Source: Squalus acanthias (Eukaryota). From it: DNA of 64,000 nt. The position numbers and the translations under genes were made by a program. Positions 28,234-40,397 of the stretch are shown here, in pieces; within the stretch, counting starts at the first letter, position 1, and each line of letters starts with the position of its first letter. The stretch spans positions 121,274,001 to 121,338,000 of the forward strand of contig CM059431.1 of the NCBI GenBank assembly GCA_030390025.1, read 5' to 3'. Under the pieces are notes generated by a model that saw only the letters and a program-made list of their open reading frames with translations, did not search any database and was not told the DNA's origin.

Positions 28234-29729
28234 ATGGTTTCCAATCTTCAAAGGGCAAATAATGAGTCATTAAACTATCGGTTTATAATTGAAATCACAC
28301 TGTATAAGAGAATATTGCCACAGAGGTCATCTGCATTTGAAAAGTAGTATTCAGTTGTCAGTATTTTTAATAAACCATAAGCATATTTAAAGAACAATTA
28401 AAAAAACACCATCAGCCCATTTTTAAAAATGAGTTAAAAAGGTGCATGAATGCACTTCAAATGCGGTTCTGCTCATTCTTTCAACGAAGATTAAATCTCA
28501 CATAAAGAGGTTGATTTTCAAGCATCCACTTCCATTGGGCGTGAGGTGGGCAGAGCGAGCACGATGGGATTGGTCTGAGGCCCGTTCAAGGTTGGGCCTC
28601 ATTTGCATTGCATCACTGAGCTGCTTACACTTTTCGAGCAGCTGACCAATTGGAAAGGGTGAGAAATCCAGTGGCTCCATTGCGGACACCAGCTGGTTCA
28701 GGCAAGTTAAAGGGGCGGGGGGTCGATCCCGGGAGAGAGCGACAGAGGGTTATGCATTGGGTGAGGGGACAATTATGCAGGGATTTCTTTTTCAAAAAGG
28801 TGAAAAATCACTTAGACCACTAGGAATGCTGATGACTTCTCAGGTTATTAAAAAAAAATTAAATCACCACTAACTTAGGCCTATGAGACACAGAGGTATC
28901 ACTCTTAAGTTAAATAAAATTATGTTAATAAATTGTGGTCCGTGCCCAGTCACTACCTATTTAAAAGCAACAATAATAATGGTGCACGATATGATTCACT
29001 ATTTTTAGAGGTTTAACACAACATTGCAAGGCACAGGAGTAGGAAGAACGTGACATATTATTTGCACATCACATATTTGTGATGCAAATAGAATTATATG
29101 CTGAGACTTAATGATAGAAAACATCACGAATACCTTTGCGATCGGGTTAGATATGTCTTATGCTTATTTTATTTTGTACCTGAGTGAAGCGTTTAGTATT
29201 TGAATATTCAAACATGTCTGAGGTACATAGTGTTCAAATAAATGATATAAATGAAAACCTTAAATAACCAATTGCATATTAGTGTTTTTGTTCAGACTTA
29301 TTTCTTCCCTACCAGACCCCCCAAAATTGGGGATGTATGACATTAAAGCCCTTTAGAAGCACTTTATGTCATCCTGGTGAGAATGGTGCCAAATATTGCA
29401 ATGCTGGTCACCCGTGGCACTGATGCACATCGAGCTCAAGCAACCCGTAGGATCAGGCCGGCCGTGCACCCATTGCGCATAGCACAGGATTACACAGTGG
29501 TGAAATGCCTGTGTACCAGGCATGCACTAGGCTTACTGAGACCTCAACACAACGTTCCCTAGGATCTTGCCTCATAATATGGTCTCAGCACTTGAAAAGA
29601 ACTGCTGGGGCTCAGCCCCCATATAAAAGGGATGGTTGTCCCATTCAATCAAGTTGGTTCCTGTTCCTTAAGAGGATGTCTGCTTGCTAGTTGCATCAGG
29701 TAGCCACATGCTGATCCAGCGATTTCACT

Positions 29730-30481
29730 GGCCCGTAATTTCCGATAGGAGGCTTCCTGCGTGCGGAGGCCTGCTATCAGGAAAAAATCTATGCCCTTAC
29801 CTGAGGGCTCCCGAGGTCCGGACTTTTCTGCTCCTGGGCCTCTCCTGGTGTGCGCACGCAGAGGCCCGGTAATCCCAGGGGCGCAAGTGGTTCGCAAGCG
29901 TCCCTGGGATCACGTGGGCCAGGTGAGCCAATGGGAGAAGGGAATCCCCCTTCATACTTAAGACCTGTCAAAAGTATGAATGGGGATCACTGAAAAAATA
30001 CATCAAAACATTAAATAAATTTTAAAAAACCATCACATTTTTAAAATGAGTTAAAATTACATTAAATTAAATATTTTAAACAAAACTTTAATTTTTTGAA
30101 AAAATAATTAAAGTTTTTTACAGGGCTGAAAATAAACTTACCTTTTTTAAAAGTATTTTTAAATTATAAATGAGTGAAAAATAATTTTTTTTTTTACTTT
30201 TTTAAACTCTTATGCTGGTAAAAGCAAGCCTTACGCAGGCTTTTACCAGGCGTAAGATTTTTAAATGTTTTCAGCGGGCAAGGTTGTGCAGAAAGCGGAA
30301 CTCTCCACCCGCAGAGGCCCTTCTCCAGAGCAGGCGGAGGATCTGGCAAGAGGATTTTTGACAGATCGGAAGTGCCGGTTTTCAGCGCATGCGCTTCGCA
30401 TGCCTGAAGCCGGCACTTGCGAGCTCCCTACGGGTGTGTACACAGCTCGTACACACCCGTAGGGATCGGAAAATACAGGCC
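29730..30481. mobile_element. About 750-bp Harbinger-type MITE related to the host MITE 38228-43210 (opposite orientation)
   Basis: Ends GGCCCGTAATTTCC / GGAAAATACAGGCC, AT-rich core, shared block CCCTGGGATCACGTGGGCCA..GAGCCAATGG. TSD not clean. Confidence 0.75.
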
Positions 30482-32164
30482 AGTGTTTATTTCACACTGC
30501 CTTTGGATTCCAGTACTCCACCTATTCAGACATTCCAAGAGCTGCAACTCATCTGCCACCTACGGGTGTTCGTCAAGGGATCTGTAATTTCCCTAAATAG
30601 GAGCAATGGATATACTCCTGGTCTCCATTCAGCATCAGGGCAGACATACAGTACAGACCAGCCTAGGTATCTGAGATGATTACAACCTGATGAACCCACT
30701 CTGTAGAGAGCCATTGCCAAAAAACAGCTGGTGAAGAAGAAAACTTGCCTCAGTCAGTGGCAAAAGAGGTCCTAGACTTCAATTACCTTGAGTGAGTCTG
30801 TGAACATGCAGCATGCAGGTACCTTATGTTGACTGTGTGCATAGGCCACAGGGAAAACAGATTGACGTGTTGGCAAGACAGCAAAACAGAATGAAGTTCT
30901 AAAACAACAGCCATCCCTGTGCAGTCATAAAATAGCTGAATAGTTGCTATCGAGCTGTGTATTCTCCTTTAGTACTGCGCCGCCAGGGATACAGTGAAGT
31001 GTTGTTACATCAACAATGTGCTTGAGCAAACTTAACAGGAGATTGTGGATTCTTCTCCCCAGATGGATGCAGAGGACAATTTCTCCTTGCCTATGTATTC
31101 CTTGCCCCGGATGATTCCTCAGTGCCCTCCAAAATGAAAATGGCCTCTGCAATGGATGGGGCTGATAGTTGATAAACTATTGCGTGAAGTAAACGGGATC
31201 CACAGTGAACCTGAACACATTTACAATATGGTCCTAAATAGGCCAAAGATTCCACTGAACTTTCTTACAATGGCAACAACGATGAAACTGCAACTTAAAT
31301 TGTTTGTGGGAAAAGGCATAATTTGTAAAAATTCTAACTGAAGAAAGCAGGTAACATGGTTTTGTCTCTGCATATAATGCTGACAACAGATATATGAATT
31401 AATGGAAATAAATACTTTGAAATGTTTGGAAATTTGAATGACCTTTCAGTAAATTGCTAATGGGAACTTTTGTTTAAATTCTGCAAACCCTTCGGACAAT
31501 ACAAAAGAGAACTTGCTGTTTTCAGTACTTCACTATGGTCTAATGCAAATCATGAGGGTGAGTGTCAACCCATTTACTATACCATCAGCGTCATGAGTCT
31601 CCAAATTTGTGAATCCCTAGTAATTATTTGGATCAATTAATTTTCAGTATAATCTCATTTACACACTGTTACATGATGCATGGCATTAATCCACTAACAA
31701 TGAACAGACATGCTGCAGCAAATTAAACCAATGGGGTTCCCATCAAACCTCTCCGAAGATTGGTGTCAGCTTGCAGGTCAATTCTCAGTTTAACCATGGG
31801 TTATACATTTTAGACAGAAAACTAGTGCATAGTCCAAAGCTTAGAAAAATAAAGGGTAGTCGAGCTAAGATTATCTACTAGCTTTCTGTGCAAAAAAGAC
31901 TTGAACCTAATCAAGAACTGATCTGTTGAAACACTGTTAGATTAAGCAACAGAAATTGACGTTCCATACATCATGATTTTTGGACGGACATGGGGCATAA
32001 TGGAGCAGACGAATAGGTAGAGAACAGTACTGGCATAGCTCCACCCATTTTCCACCTGATATGCATTTCCACTTAAGTTTTCAACAGGGGATAAAATATC
32101 CCACGAGAAATGCACAGGAGCTTCGAGAAAATATTATAGCATAACAGAGATCACATTACTTTAT

Positions 32165-32597
32165 GGGGGCGAAATTAGGTGCCTTTGCACCTCCTGTTAG
32201 TGCCCCCAGGGGGTGCTAGCGGGGCGCAAATGGCTTTGCGACCGGGCGGCGCACTGACATCGACTCCCGCCATATTTGGCAGGAGTTTTGCGGCAGCGCT
32301 ACGGCGTTGCGCCCCGATCTCCTTCGCCTGGCGATCATGACGTCATCGCCATACACATCGCCCGGTAGTGCCCCAGACCTGAAATTGACTTCCGCCCCCT
32401 GCAGCATCGCCGGTCGGAAACACCAACAGCTGCAGGAGCTGTGTATCGGGCTGCCGGCCACTTCGGGGGCGATAATTAAAGGCGAGGTGGCCGAGGTACG
32501 TAAAAAAAAAAACTTACCTTTCTTGTTCCAGTTTTTTTCACGGGTTCCTGCCCGTGATCGATCAGCCCGGCACTCTGCTATAATGAATTTCTCCCCC
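32165..32597. mobile_element. Harbinger-type MITE or terminal remnant related to the left end of the intact element
   Basis: Starts GGGGGCGAAATTAGGT..TTGCACCTCCTGTTAGTGCC (compare 38413 onward), ends AATTTCTCCCCC. CpG-rich block in AT-rich flanks. Confidence 0.65.
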
Positions 32598-33149
32598 TCT
32601 GGCTTTTATGCTGAAGTATATATTTTCATAATTTCACTCGTATAGCTTGAGCACCACAGGTTGCCAGGCTACATTTTTCAATGGAAAACAATTTAAAGTG
32701 ACAGGAGTAATTGTAACAGTTCTTTTGGATTTTGTTTTGTGGTCAAGTGGATTTATAGGAAGGTTTTCAGTGCACCCATTTTTTCAAATCAACCTAATTT
32801 TCGGAGCAATGTGTGTCCCCATTAGAATACCTTTTTATTGATATTATTTGAACAAATAGGAAGAAGAACACAGGGATGCAAATTAAGTCATACTACATGA
32901 TAGGTGGACCGTGCCTTCCTGCTATTACTGTCCTCACACATAGATATTCAATGTCAGACTTATCTGGACTCATCAGAAAAACAATGACTGTGGATTGCAG
33001 TGAATAGGTGACAGCTGCAAAAGCTTCAATTAACCAGGAAGTTGTGACAGAGCTGTGTTGCATGATGCAAAACTGAGGTGTAGCCAAACTCCAGACCTTA
33101 CACGGCACTTCCAGTCATCTCAGACTCATTCTAGATTGCCATCTCAGTG

Positions 33150-33445
33150 TCCCGTCCGCACTCTCAGTTAGGACGTAAAAGATTCCTTGGCACTATTTGA
33201 AGAAGAGCAGGGGAGTTCTGCTGGTGTTCTGGCTAGTAGTTATCCCTTAACCAGCACCTAACAACAGATGGTCATTTATTTCATGCTGTTTTGCTGTTTG
33301 TGGAAGCTTGCAGTGTGCAAATTGGCGGATCCATTTCCCTCATTTCAACAGTGACTACACTTCAAAAGTATTTAATTGGCTGTAAAGCGCGTTGGAAAAT
33401 CTTGAGGTTGTGAAAGGCGCTATATAAATGCAAGTTCTTTCTTTA
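33150..33445 (+). mobile_element. Deu-domain SINE (SacSINE1-like), 3' part
   Basis: Body and tail GAAAGGCGCTATATAAATGCAAGTTCTTTCTTT shared with other copies. Confidence 0.75.
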
Positions 33446-34584
33446 TTTCAAATACCTCACTTTCAGTAGTTAATGAAGTTAAATTCAATCATTACAAGTG
33501 AATTCTGATGGGATATAATTTTGATTGTGTTTGTGTCATCATGGTTGAGGATGCAGTGGAAAATGGCAGCTGTTACTTTTTCCTGTGAAAACTTGTCAAA
33601 AATCCACATGATTGATTTTTCATACAGAATCCAAAAGATGTTGCCCATGTCTTTTTATTGTCTATATATAAACATACTCAATTAGAAAATGGTAAATCAT
33701 ATTTTGGCATGTTATTACTGCTGTCATTATGGGATCGGAGCATGCATGCTAATGCAGTACAATTTTGTTCTCATTTATCAAAAAATATTCCTCCAGCTAA
33801 AAACAAAATCACTTGTTCTTTCACCCCCTCTATTCCATGACAGCAGTTTTAAATAAAACACTCAGTTCCAATCCCTCATATTGCCCTAGGGGTCCAATTA
33901 GTTGTCAGAGTTGTAAAAGTATGCTGTCTGCTTAGGGATTCATTTTAAGGTCACTCAACATTTTCAAAACGTACGAAGTAATCTTATCTTTTCTAATCTC
34001 CTTCTGTCTGTACATGTAGGCAAAACATAATTTTGTGCCCCTTTCTCGCAATAACATTTTAATAGAACAATTCCATTTGCTGCTGGTTATAGCCATTCTA
34101 CCCCTCGACGGGCCGAATGGCCTCCTTCTGTGCTGTAACCATTCTATGATTCTATGGTCTGGATATTCTGCGTGGGTTCACCCCGATCTCTGACTGTAAC
34201 ATTGGCGGCTGACCGGTGGAATCAGCAGACTTCTTCACCCACTCGGCCTCACTCAACTGTGCCCTGCATGTCAACTCCCTGTCACCCCTTGACCTTTTGT
34301 CATGCAAGGCCTCATCAGATTCAAGCTTTGATCATTTCTGATCATCTTCTCACCTCTTTCACTATCACATCTCCCTCTCCATCTTCACCTCCATTAACCT
34401 CACTATCTGCCCCTGGAAAAAGCATTCCCCCTCCTCTCCCTCACCAGTCCAGAATCTCCCAAGTTCCTTTGCTCTGCCCTGGACTTCCGCCTGCGAGGAC
34501 ACTGCTGCCTCTGTTGATCTGCTCAACAGCTCCAATGGTTCTGGTTTTGAAGGATTTATTGTGGTCAAGTCAATTACAGTCTCT

Positions 34585-34932
34585 TAGATGCTGAGAGGCT
34601 GTTTCCCCTGGCTGGAGAGTCTAAAACTAGGGGTCATAGTCTCAGGATAAGTGGTCGGCCATTTAGGACTGAGATGAGGACAAATTTCTTCACTCAGAGG
34701 ATTATGAATCTTTGGAATTCTCTATCATAGAGGGCTGTGGATGCTGAGTCATTGAGTGTATTCAAAACTGAGATCAATAAATTTTTGTACACTAAGGGAA
34801 TCAAGGGATATGGGGATCAAACAGGAATGTGGAGTTAAGGTAAAAGGTCAGCCATGATCTTATTGAATGGCAGAGCAGGCTCAAGGGGCCGTATACTCCT
34901 GCTCCTATTTATTAAGTTCTTAAGTTCTTATG
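34585..34932 (+). mobile_element. 5'-truncated CR1-type LINE 3' end
   Basis: End of RT region (LFPLAGESKTRGHSLRI..FFTQR), 3'UTR GGTCAGCCATGATCTTATTGAATGG and short repeat tail. Confidence 0.85.
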
Positions 34933-35399
34933 TCTCCTGCCCCACTCTTTCCTGGTACGGTTCCCATCTCCACACCATCAAGCAGAATTGAAGAGCTTAT
35001 ACTTGCCACATGACTGACGCTGGCCATCCACCACAGCACTTTGCTTGGCCATGTCAACCTCCCCTACCACAGCCAAATCCTTTCACTACTGGCATACAAT
35101 GATAGCATTTTCAAAATACTTCTTTGCTGACCTGCAGTGTTACACCCTGTGGTTCCACATGTTTTCTGACATCTGAAGCTCCAGGAAGCTAGAGCGATAC
35201 TGGTGAAAATTTGAATTCAGGTTTGGAATCCCCAAATGCTAGGAGTTTCAATTCATATGTAGTGACCACTGGAGTTAGATCCGCCATCTAATTCCAGAGT
35301 TATATTAACATTTGTGCATGGCTTTGAAGTAGTTTTCACTTCACAAAAAATCCAAAAGTGCCAATATAACTATAGATTCCAATTACTTTGGAACAATTC

Positions 35400-35757
35400 G
35401 GCCTGGAAATTCCAAGTGTTTGCGCTGGCTGCTAAGGCCCGTTTTGGGGGAAAAAATGACGGCCGCCTCACTTCCACCCGCTGCCGGCGGGTCCCATGGC
35501 GGCCACCATTTTCGGCAGGTCGGCAACGTCTGCCGTTGCCTGCGCTCGCTGAAACTATTGTAATTAGTCGGAGCATGAAAAACGGAGTTGACGCCCGCTC
35601 ATCCATTTTGGATCTCGCCGCGCCTCTTGCCGCCCTCTCCAAAGCACGCCCGCTGACGTTAATTAGCAGGCAGCACCAAAATACCGGCGCTGCCTGCGCT
35701 CTCTCTGCGGGTGGCCATTAGCCTTGCCTGCCGCTGTTACTGGCAGGTTTCCAGCCG
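35400..35757. mobile_element. Probable GC-rich MITE
   Basis: Imperfect inverted ends CGGCCTGGAAATTCC / GGTTTCCAGCCG; abrupt CpG-rich block. Confidence 0.5.
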
Positions 35758-38700
35758 ACTCGAATTTCAAAGTCTGTGTTTTTAAAATAATCCTATGGAA
35801 ATTCATCTAAAATCAATGGGCTGGATTTTCCTTGGGAATGTGGGTTCAGAACATAGGAACATAGGAACAGGAGTAGGCCATTGAGCCCCTTAAGCCTGTT
35901 CCGCCATTCAATGAGATCATGGTTGATCTGCGACCTAACACCCGACTTTGGCCCATATCCCTTATTACCTTTAATTAACAGAAAGATATCAATCTCTGAT
36001 TTAGCATCAGTTTCTGTTTGCAGAAGAGAGTTCCAAACTTCTACCACCTTTTGTGTGTAGAAGTGTTTCCTAATTTCACTCCTGAAAGGCCTGGCTCTAA
36101 TTTTTAGACTGTACCCCCTAGTCCTAGACTCACCAACCAGCGGAAATAGTTTCTCTCTATCTACCCCATCTGTTCTCCTTAATATCTTGAAAACTTCGAT
36201 CAGATCACCCCTTAAACCTTCTAAATTCTAGGGAATACAACCCTAGTTTGTGTAATCTCTCCTCGAAACTTAACCCTTGAAGTCTGGGTATCATTCTGGT
36301 AAACCTACGCTGCACTCCCTCCAAGGCCAATATATCCTTCCTAAGGTGTGATGCCCAGAACTGCTCACAATACTCCAGGTGTGGTCTAACCAGGGTTTTG
36401 TACAGCTGCAGCATAACTTCTACCCCCTTGTACTCCAGTCTTCTAGATATAAAGGTCAGCATTCCATTAGCCTTTTTGATTATTTTCTGTACCTGCTCAT
36501 GACATTTTAATGATCTATGTACCTTGACCCCCAAGTCTCTTTGGACCTCCACTGTTTTTAGCTTTTCACCATTTAGAAAGTACACTGTTCTATCCTCTTT
36601 AGGTCCAAAGTGGATGACCTCACATTTGCCTACATTGAAATCCATTTGTCACAGTTTTACCCATTCACTTAATCTGTCGATATCCCTTTGTAATTTTATG
36701 CTTTCATCTACACTGCCTACAATGCCGCCTATCTTTGTGTCATCGGCAAATTGGGATATATGACCTTCTATGCCATCATCTAATACATTAATAAATACTG
36801 TGAATAATTGAGGCCCCAACACAGATCACTGCGGGATACCACTAGTCACATCCTGCCAGTTAGAGTACCTGCCCATTATCCCTACTGCCTGTCTCCTGCC
36901 GCTCAGCCAATTTCTTAACCAGGTCAATAATTTGCCCTCAGTACCGTGGGCTTTTACCTTAGTTCACAGGCTCTTATGTGCGACTTTATCCAATGCCTTC
37001 TGGAAGTCCATATAAATAACATCCATAGACATTCCCCTATCCACTACTTTAGTCACCTCCTCAAAAAATTCATCAGGTTTGTCAGGCATGACCTACCTTT
37101 CACAAATCCATGCTGGCTCTCTCTGATCAACTGAAAATTTTCGAGGTGTTCAGTCACCCTATCCTTAATTATAGACTCTCGCAATTTCCCCACAACAGAT
37201 GTTAGGCTAACCAGTGGAAATAGTTTCCCTCTATCTAGCCCATCTGTTCTCTCTCGCCATTCTTAAATAGCGGAGTGACATGCGCAATTTTCCAATCTAA
37301 AGGAACAATTCCTGAATTGAGAGAACTTTGGAAGATTATAGTTAGGGCATCTGCAATGTGCTTACCTACTTCCTTTAAATCCCTGGGATGGAAACCATCT
37401 GGTCCTGGGGATCTGTCACTCTTTAGTGCCATTATTTTCTTCATTACTGTTATTTTACTTATGTTGATTTTATTGAGTCCCTGTCCCTGAGTCAATATTA
37501 GTTTCCTTGTGATTTCCGGCATGCTATCCTCTTCCTCTACTGTAAATACTGATGCAAAGTAATTATTCAACATGTCCGCCATTTCCTTATTATCATTGAC
37601 AATATCAATGCTTTAAGTTTTTAAGGGGCCAACATTGCTCCTGACTACTCTCTTTTTCCTAATATAATTGTAAAAATTCTTTGTGTTGATTTTGATATCC
37701 CTTGCACGTTTCTTTTCAGACTCCCTTTTTGTAGCTCTTACTATCTGTTTTGTGACCCTTGGCTGTTCTTTGTATTTTTCCCATTCACCAGGATCTGTGC
37801 TATATTTTGCATTTTCGTATGCTTTTTCTTTTCGTTTTATGCTGTCCCTTACCTTTTTAGTCGTCCATGGCTGTTTTTTTTGGCAAGTAGAGCTCTTGCC
37901 CCCTCAGGGGTATAAACTTGCTCTGTATCACATTAAATTCTTTTTTGAACATCTCCCACTGATCTTCTGTCATTTTGCCCATTAACAGATTTACCCAGTT
38001 TACTGTGGACAGGCTCTGTCTCATCCCTTTGAAGTCGGCCTTACCCAAATCTAGAATCTTAGTAGCTGTTTTGTATTTCTCCCTTTCAAATGCTACGTTG
38101 AACTCAATCATGTTATGATCGCTATTAGATAAATGTTCACGCACAGTTAGGCTGTTAACTAAATCTGGTTCATTACTCATTACTAAATCTAATATAGCAT
38201 GCCCCCTTGTTGCCTCTAGGATATATTGGGCCAAAAATTCGGCACTTGCCGGGTGAGTACGTGTTGTGTACTCACCCGTAAGGCCTCCTGAAGTGCCGGT
38301 TTCCTGCATGCACTGCGCATGCGCGGGAAACCGGAACTTCCGGTCTCGTGAAGAGAGGGGTTGAGAGGTGAACCGCGTGCGCGGTAGAGGCTGCGCGCAT
38401 GCAGCGAACTTAGGGGTAAAAATTCAGTTGGTTGCGCCTCCCGTTAGCGCCTTAAGAGGGCGCTAATGGGGTGCAAAGCCGCTAGCGCCCGGGCGCAGCG
38501 ATGTTTGCGCCGCTCGGGAACTTAACTAGACATTGTGCGGCGGCGCTAAACTTTACCGCTGCGACCACCTGCGCGCGCAGATTGTGACGTCATTCCATGG
38601 TGCAACGCCCTTGTGGCGCCCCGGAGCGGAAATTGAGTGGCGCCCCCTGCCTTACCGCCTGGCGCATCCAACGACCGGAAGACTGGAACGCTATCAATCG

Positions 38701-38855
38701 CTGTGGGGCTGGGGGGGGGCGCTATTTAAAGGGGGCCTCTTCCTGTCTTTTTCTGTGGTTGACATTTTTGCACCACTCGTTCTGAGAGAGAGAGAGAGAT
38801 TCGGAGAGAAAGAAAGAGAGACTTCTGCATTGAGTCAACGCTTTGTGAAGTAGTT

Positions 38856-40085
38856 TTGCCTACTGATCCTAACTTCGCTGGTACTTTGGTTGCAGTCCTT
38901 CATAACTTTGCTTGCAAAGAGACTCTGGGGGCTGCACTGAATGGGGATATCATCCTGCTCCAGCTGAATCGGAGGACACAGAGACGCAGAGAGAGAGTGG
39001 CAATGATGGACAGACGGAGGAGGGCCAACAGGCGTATGTACAGGAGAGCTTACCCTCCCAGGGTATATCGTGAACAGCTCTCCTACATTCATTTGTCTGA
39101 GGAGCTGTGTTTGCGAAGGCTGCGATTCAGCAAGGAGGTGGTCACTGAGCTCTGCCACCTGCTGCAGCCAGATCTGCAGCCTCAACTGAGGTCCAGGACA
39201 TCTCTGTCGGTGGCAGTGAAGGTCACAGTGGCTCTCAACTTCTATGCTACTGGCTCATTTCAAGCTGCTGCTGGGGACCTCGCCAATATCTCCCAGTTCG
39301 CGGTGCATTGCTGCATCCGGCAGGTCACAAATGCCCTCTTTAAAAGGAGACGAGAGTTCATCTCTTTCCCCATGACCCTAGACAAGCAGCGTGACCGCGC
39401 TCTGGGCTTTGCGAGGATAGCGGGCTTCCCCATGGTGCAGGGCGCCATTGACTGCACGCATGTGGCTTTGCGTGCTCCACATGAGAATGCCGAGGAATTC
39501 CGGAACAGAAAGGGGTTCCATTCCTTGAATGTTCAGTTGGTCTGTGACCACAGACAGCTGATACTCGCTGTCAATGCCCACTATCCTGGCAGCTGCCACG
39601 ATGCTTTCATCCTGCGCCAGACTACTGTGGCAGAACTTTTTGAGGCACCGCATCAGCCAGTTGGTTGGCTTCTCGGGGACAAGGGGTATCCATTGAGCAC
39701 CTGGCTGATGACACTGCTCCGTACGCCCAACACCCCTGCTGAGCTGCGGTACAATGTGAGCCATCAAGCTACCAGGAACATCATTGAGCGCACAATCGGC
39801 GTGCTGAAGCAACGGTTCCGCTGTCTCGACCATTCTGGAGGAGCCCTGCAGTACTCGCCTGAGCGAGTATCCAACTTCGTAGTTGTGTGCTGCATGTTGC
39901 ATAACATGGCAATCGTCAGGACCCAGCCAATGCCACCAGGCGTTGGAGCACCACCAGAGGAGGAGGAGGAAGAGGAGGAAGAGGACGAGGAGGATGATCA
40001 TCAGCAGCACCAAGGAGGGAGGGCGGCCCACAATGGTGAAACTGCAAGGGCCGTCCGTCAACGGCTGATAGCAAGCCGCTTCTAG
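38856..40085 (+). CDS. Harbinger (HARBI1-family) DDE transposase; open from 38856, first in-frame ATG at 39003 gives 360 aa
   Basis: Catalytic motifs GAIDCTHV, LLGDKGYP, RNIIERTIGVLKQRFRCL; also NRKGFHSLNVQLVCD, YPGSCHDAFIL, CCMLHN and an acidic tail. No stops. AATAAA at about 40265. Confidence 0.95.
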   Translation: MPTDPNFAGTLVAVLHNFACKETLGAALNGDIILLQLNRRTQRRRERVAMMDRRRRANRRMYRRAYPPRVYREQLSYIHLSEELCLRRLRFSKEVVTELCHLLQPDLQPQLRSRTSLSVAVKVTVALNFYATGSFQAAAGDLANISQFAVHCCIRQVTNALFKRRREFISFPMTLDKQRDRALGFARIAGFPMVQGAIDCTHVALRAPHENAEEFRNRKGFHSLNVQLVCDHRQLILAVNAHYPGSCHDAFILRQTTVAELFEAPHQPVGWLLGDKGYPLSTWLMTLLRTPNTPAELRYNVSHQATRNIIERTIGVLKQRFRCLDHSGGALQYSPERVSNFVVVCCMLHNMAIVRTQPMPPGVGAPPEEEEEEEEEDEEDDHQQHQGGRAAHNGETARAVRQRLIASRF

Positions 40086-40397
40086 GGCCCCTGCTGTGGA
40101 AATGGCTTCTGCCATTGCTAACAACATCAATGAACCCAGCACGCAACCCCTAAGCCGGCCAAGGCACCAATGATTCCAAACACCAAACATGTATATTTTT
40201 AATACAAAAACTTATTTATTTTACAAACTCTGTGTGTTTCATTTCCTCATGACAAACTCATAGAAATAAACACAAAAAAACAGTCATTAACATAACTGGT
40301 TCTCACAACCTGGAGATAATGTCCAAAACACTAGACAAAAGTTGGACCACGAACCTCGGCCTTTAATAAAAAAATGACCAGCATTTTGTCACACATC

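Noticed and set aside
30950..31030. YCAARD followed by TACAGTG, resembling an antigen-receptor V-gene end with RSS
   Set aside because: Heptamer lacks the invariant CAC, there is no nonamer at 12 or 23 bp, and no upstream V-domain framework.
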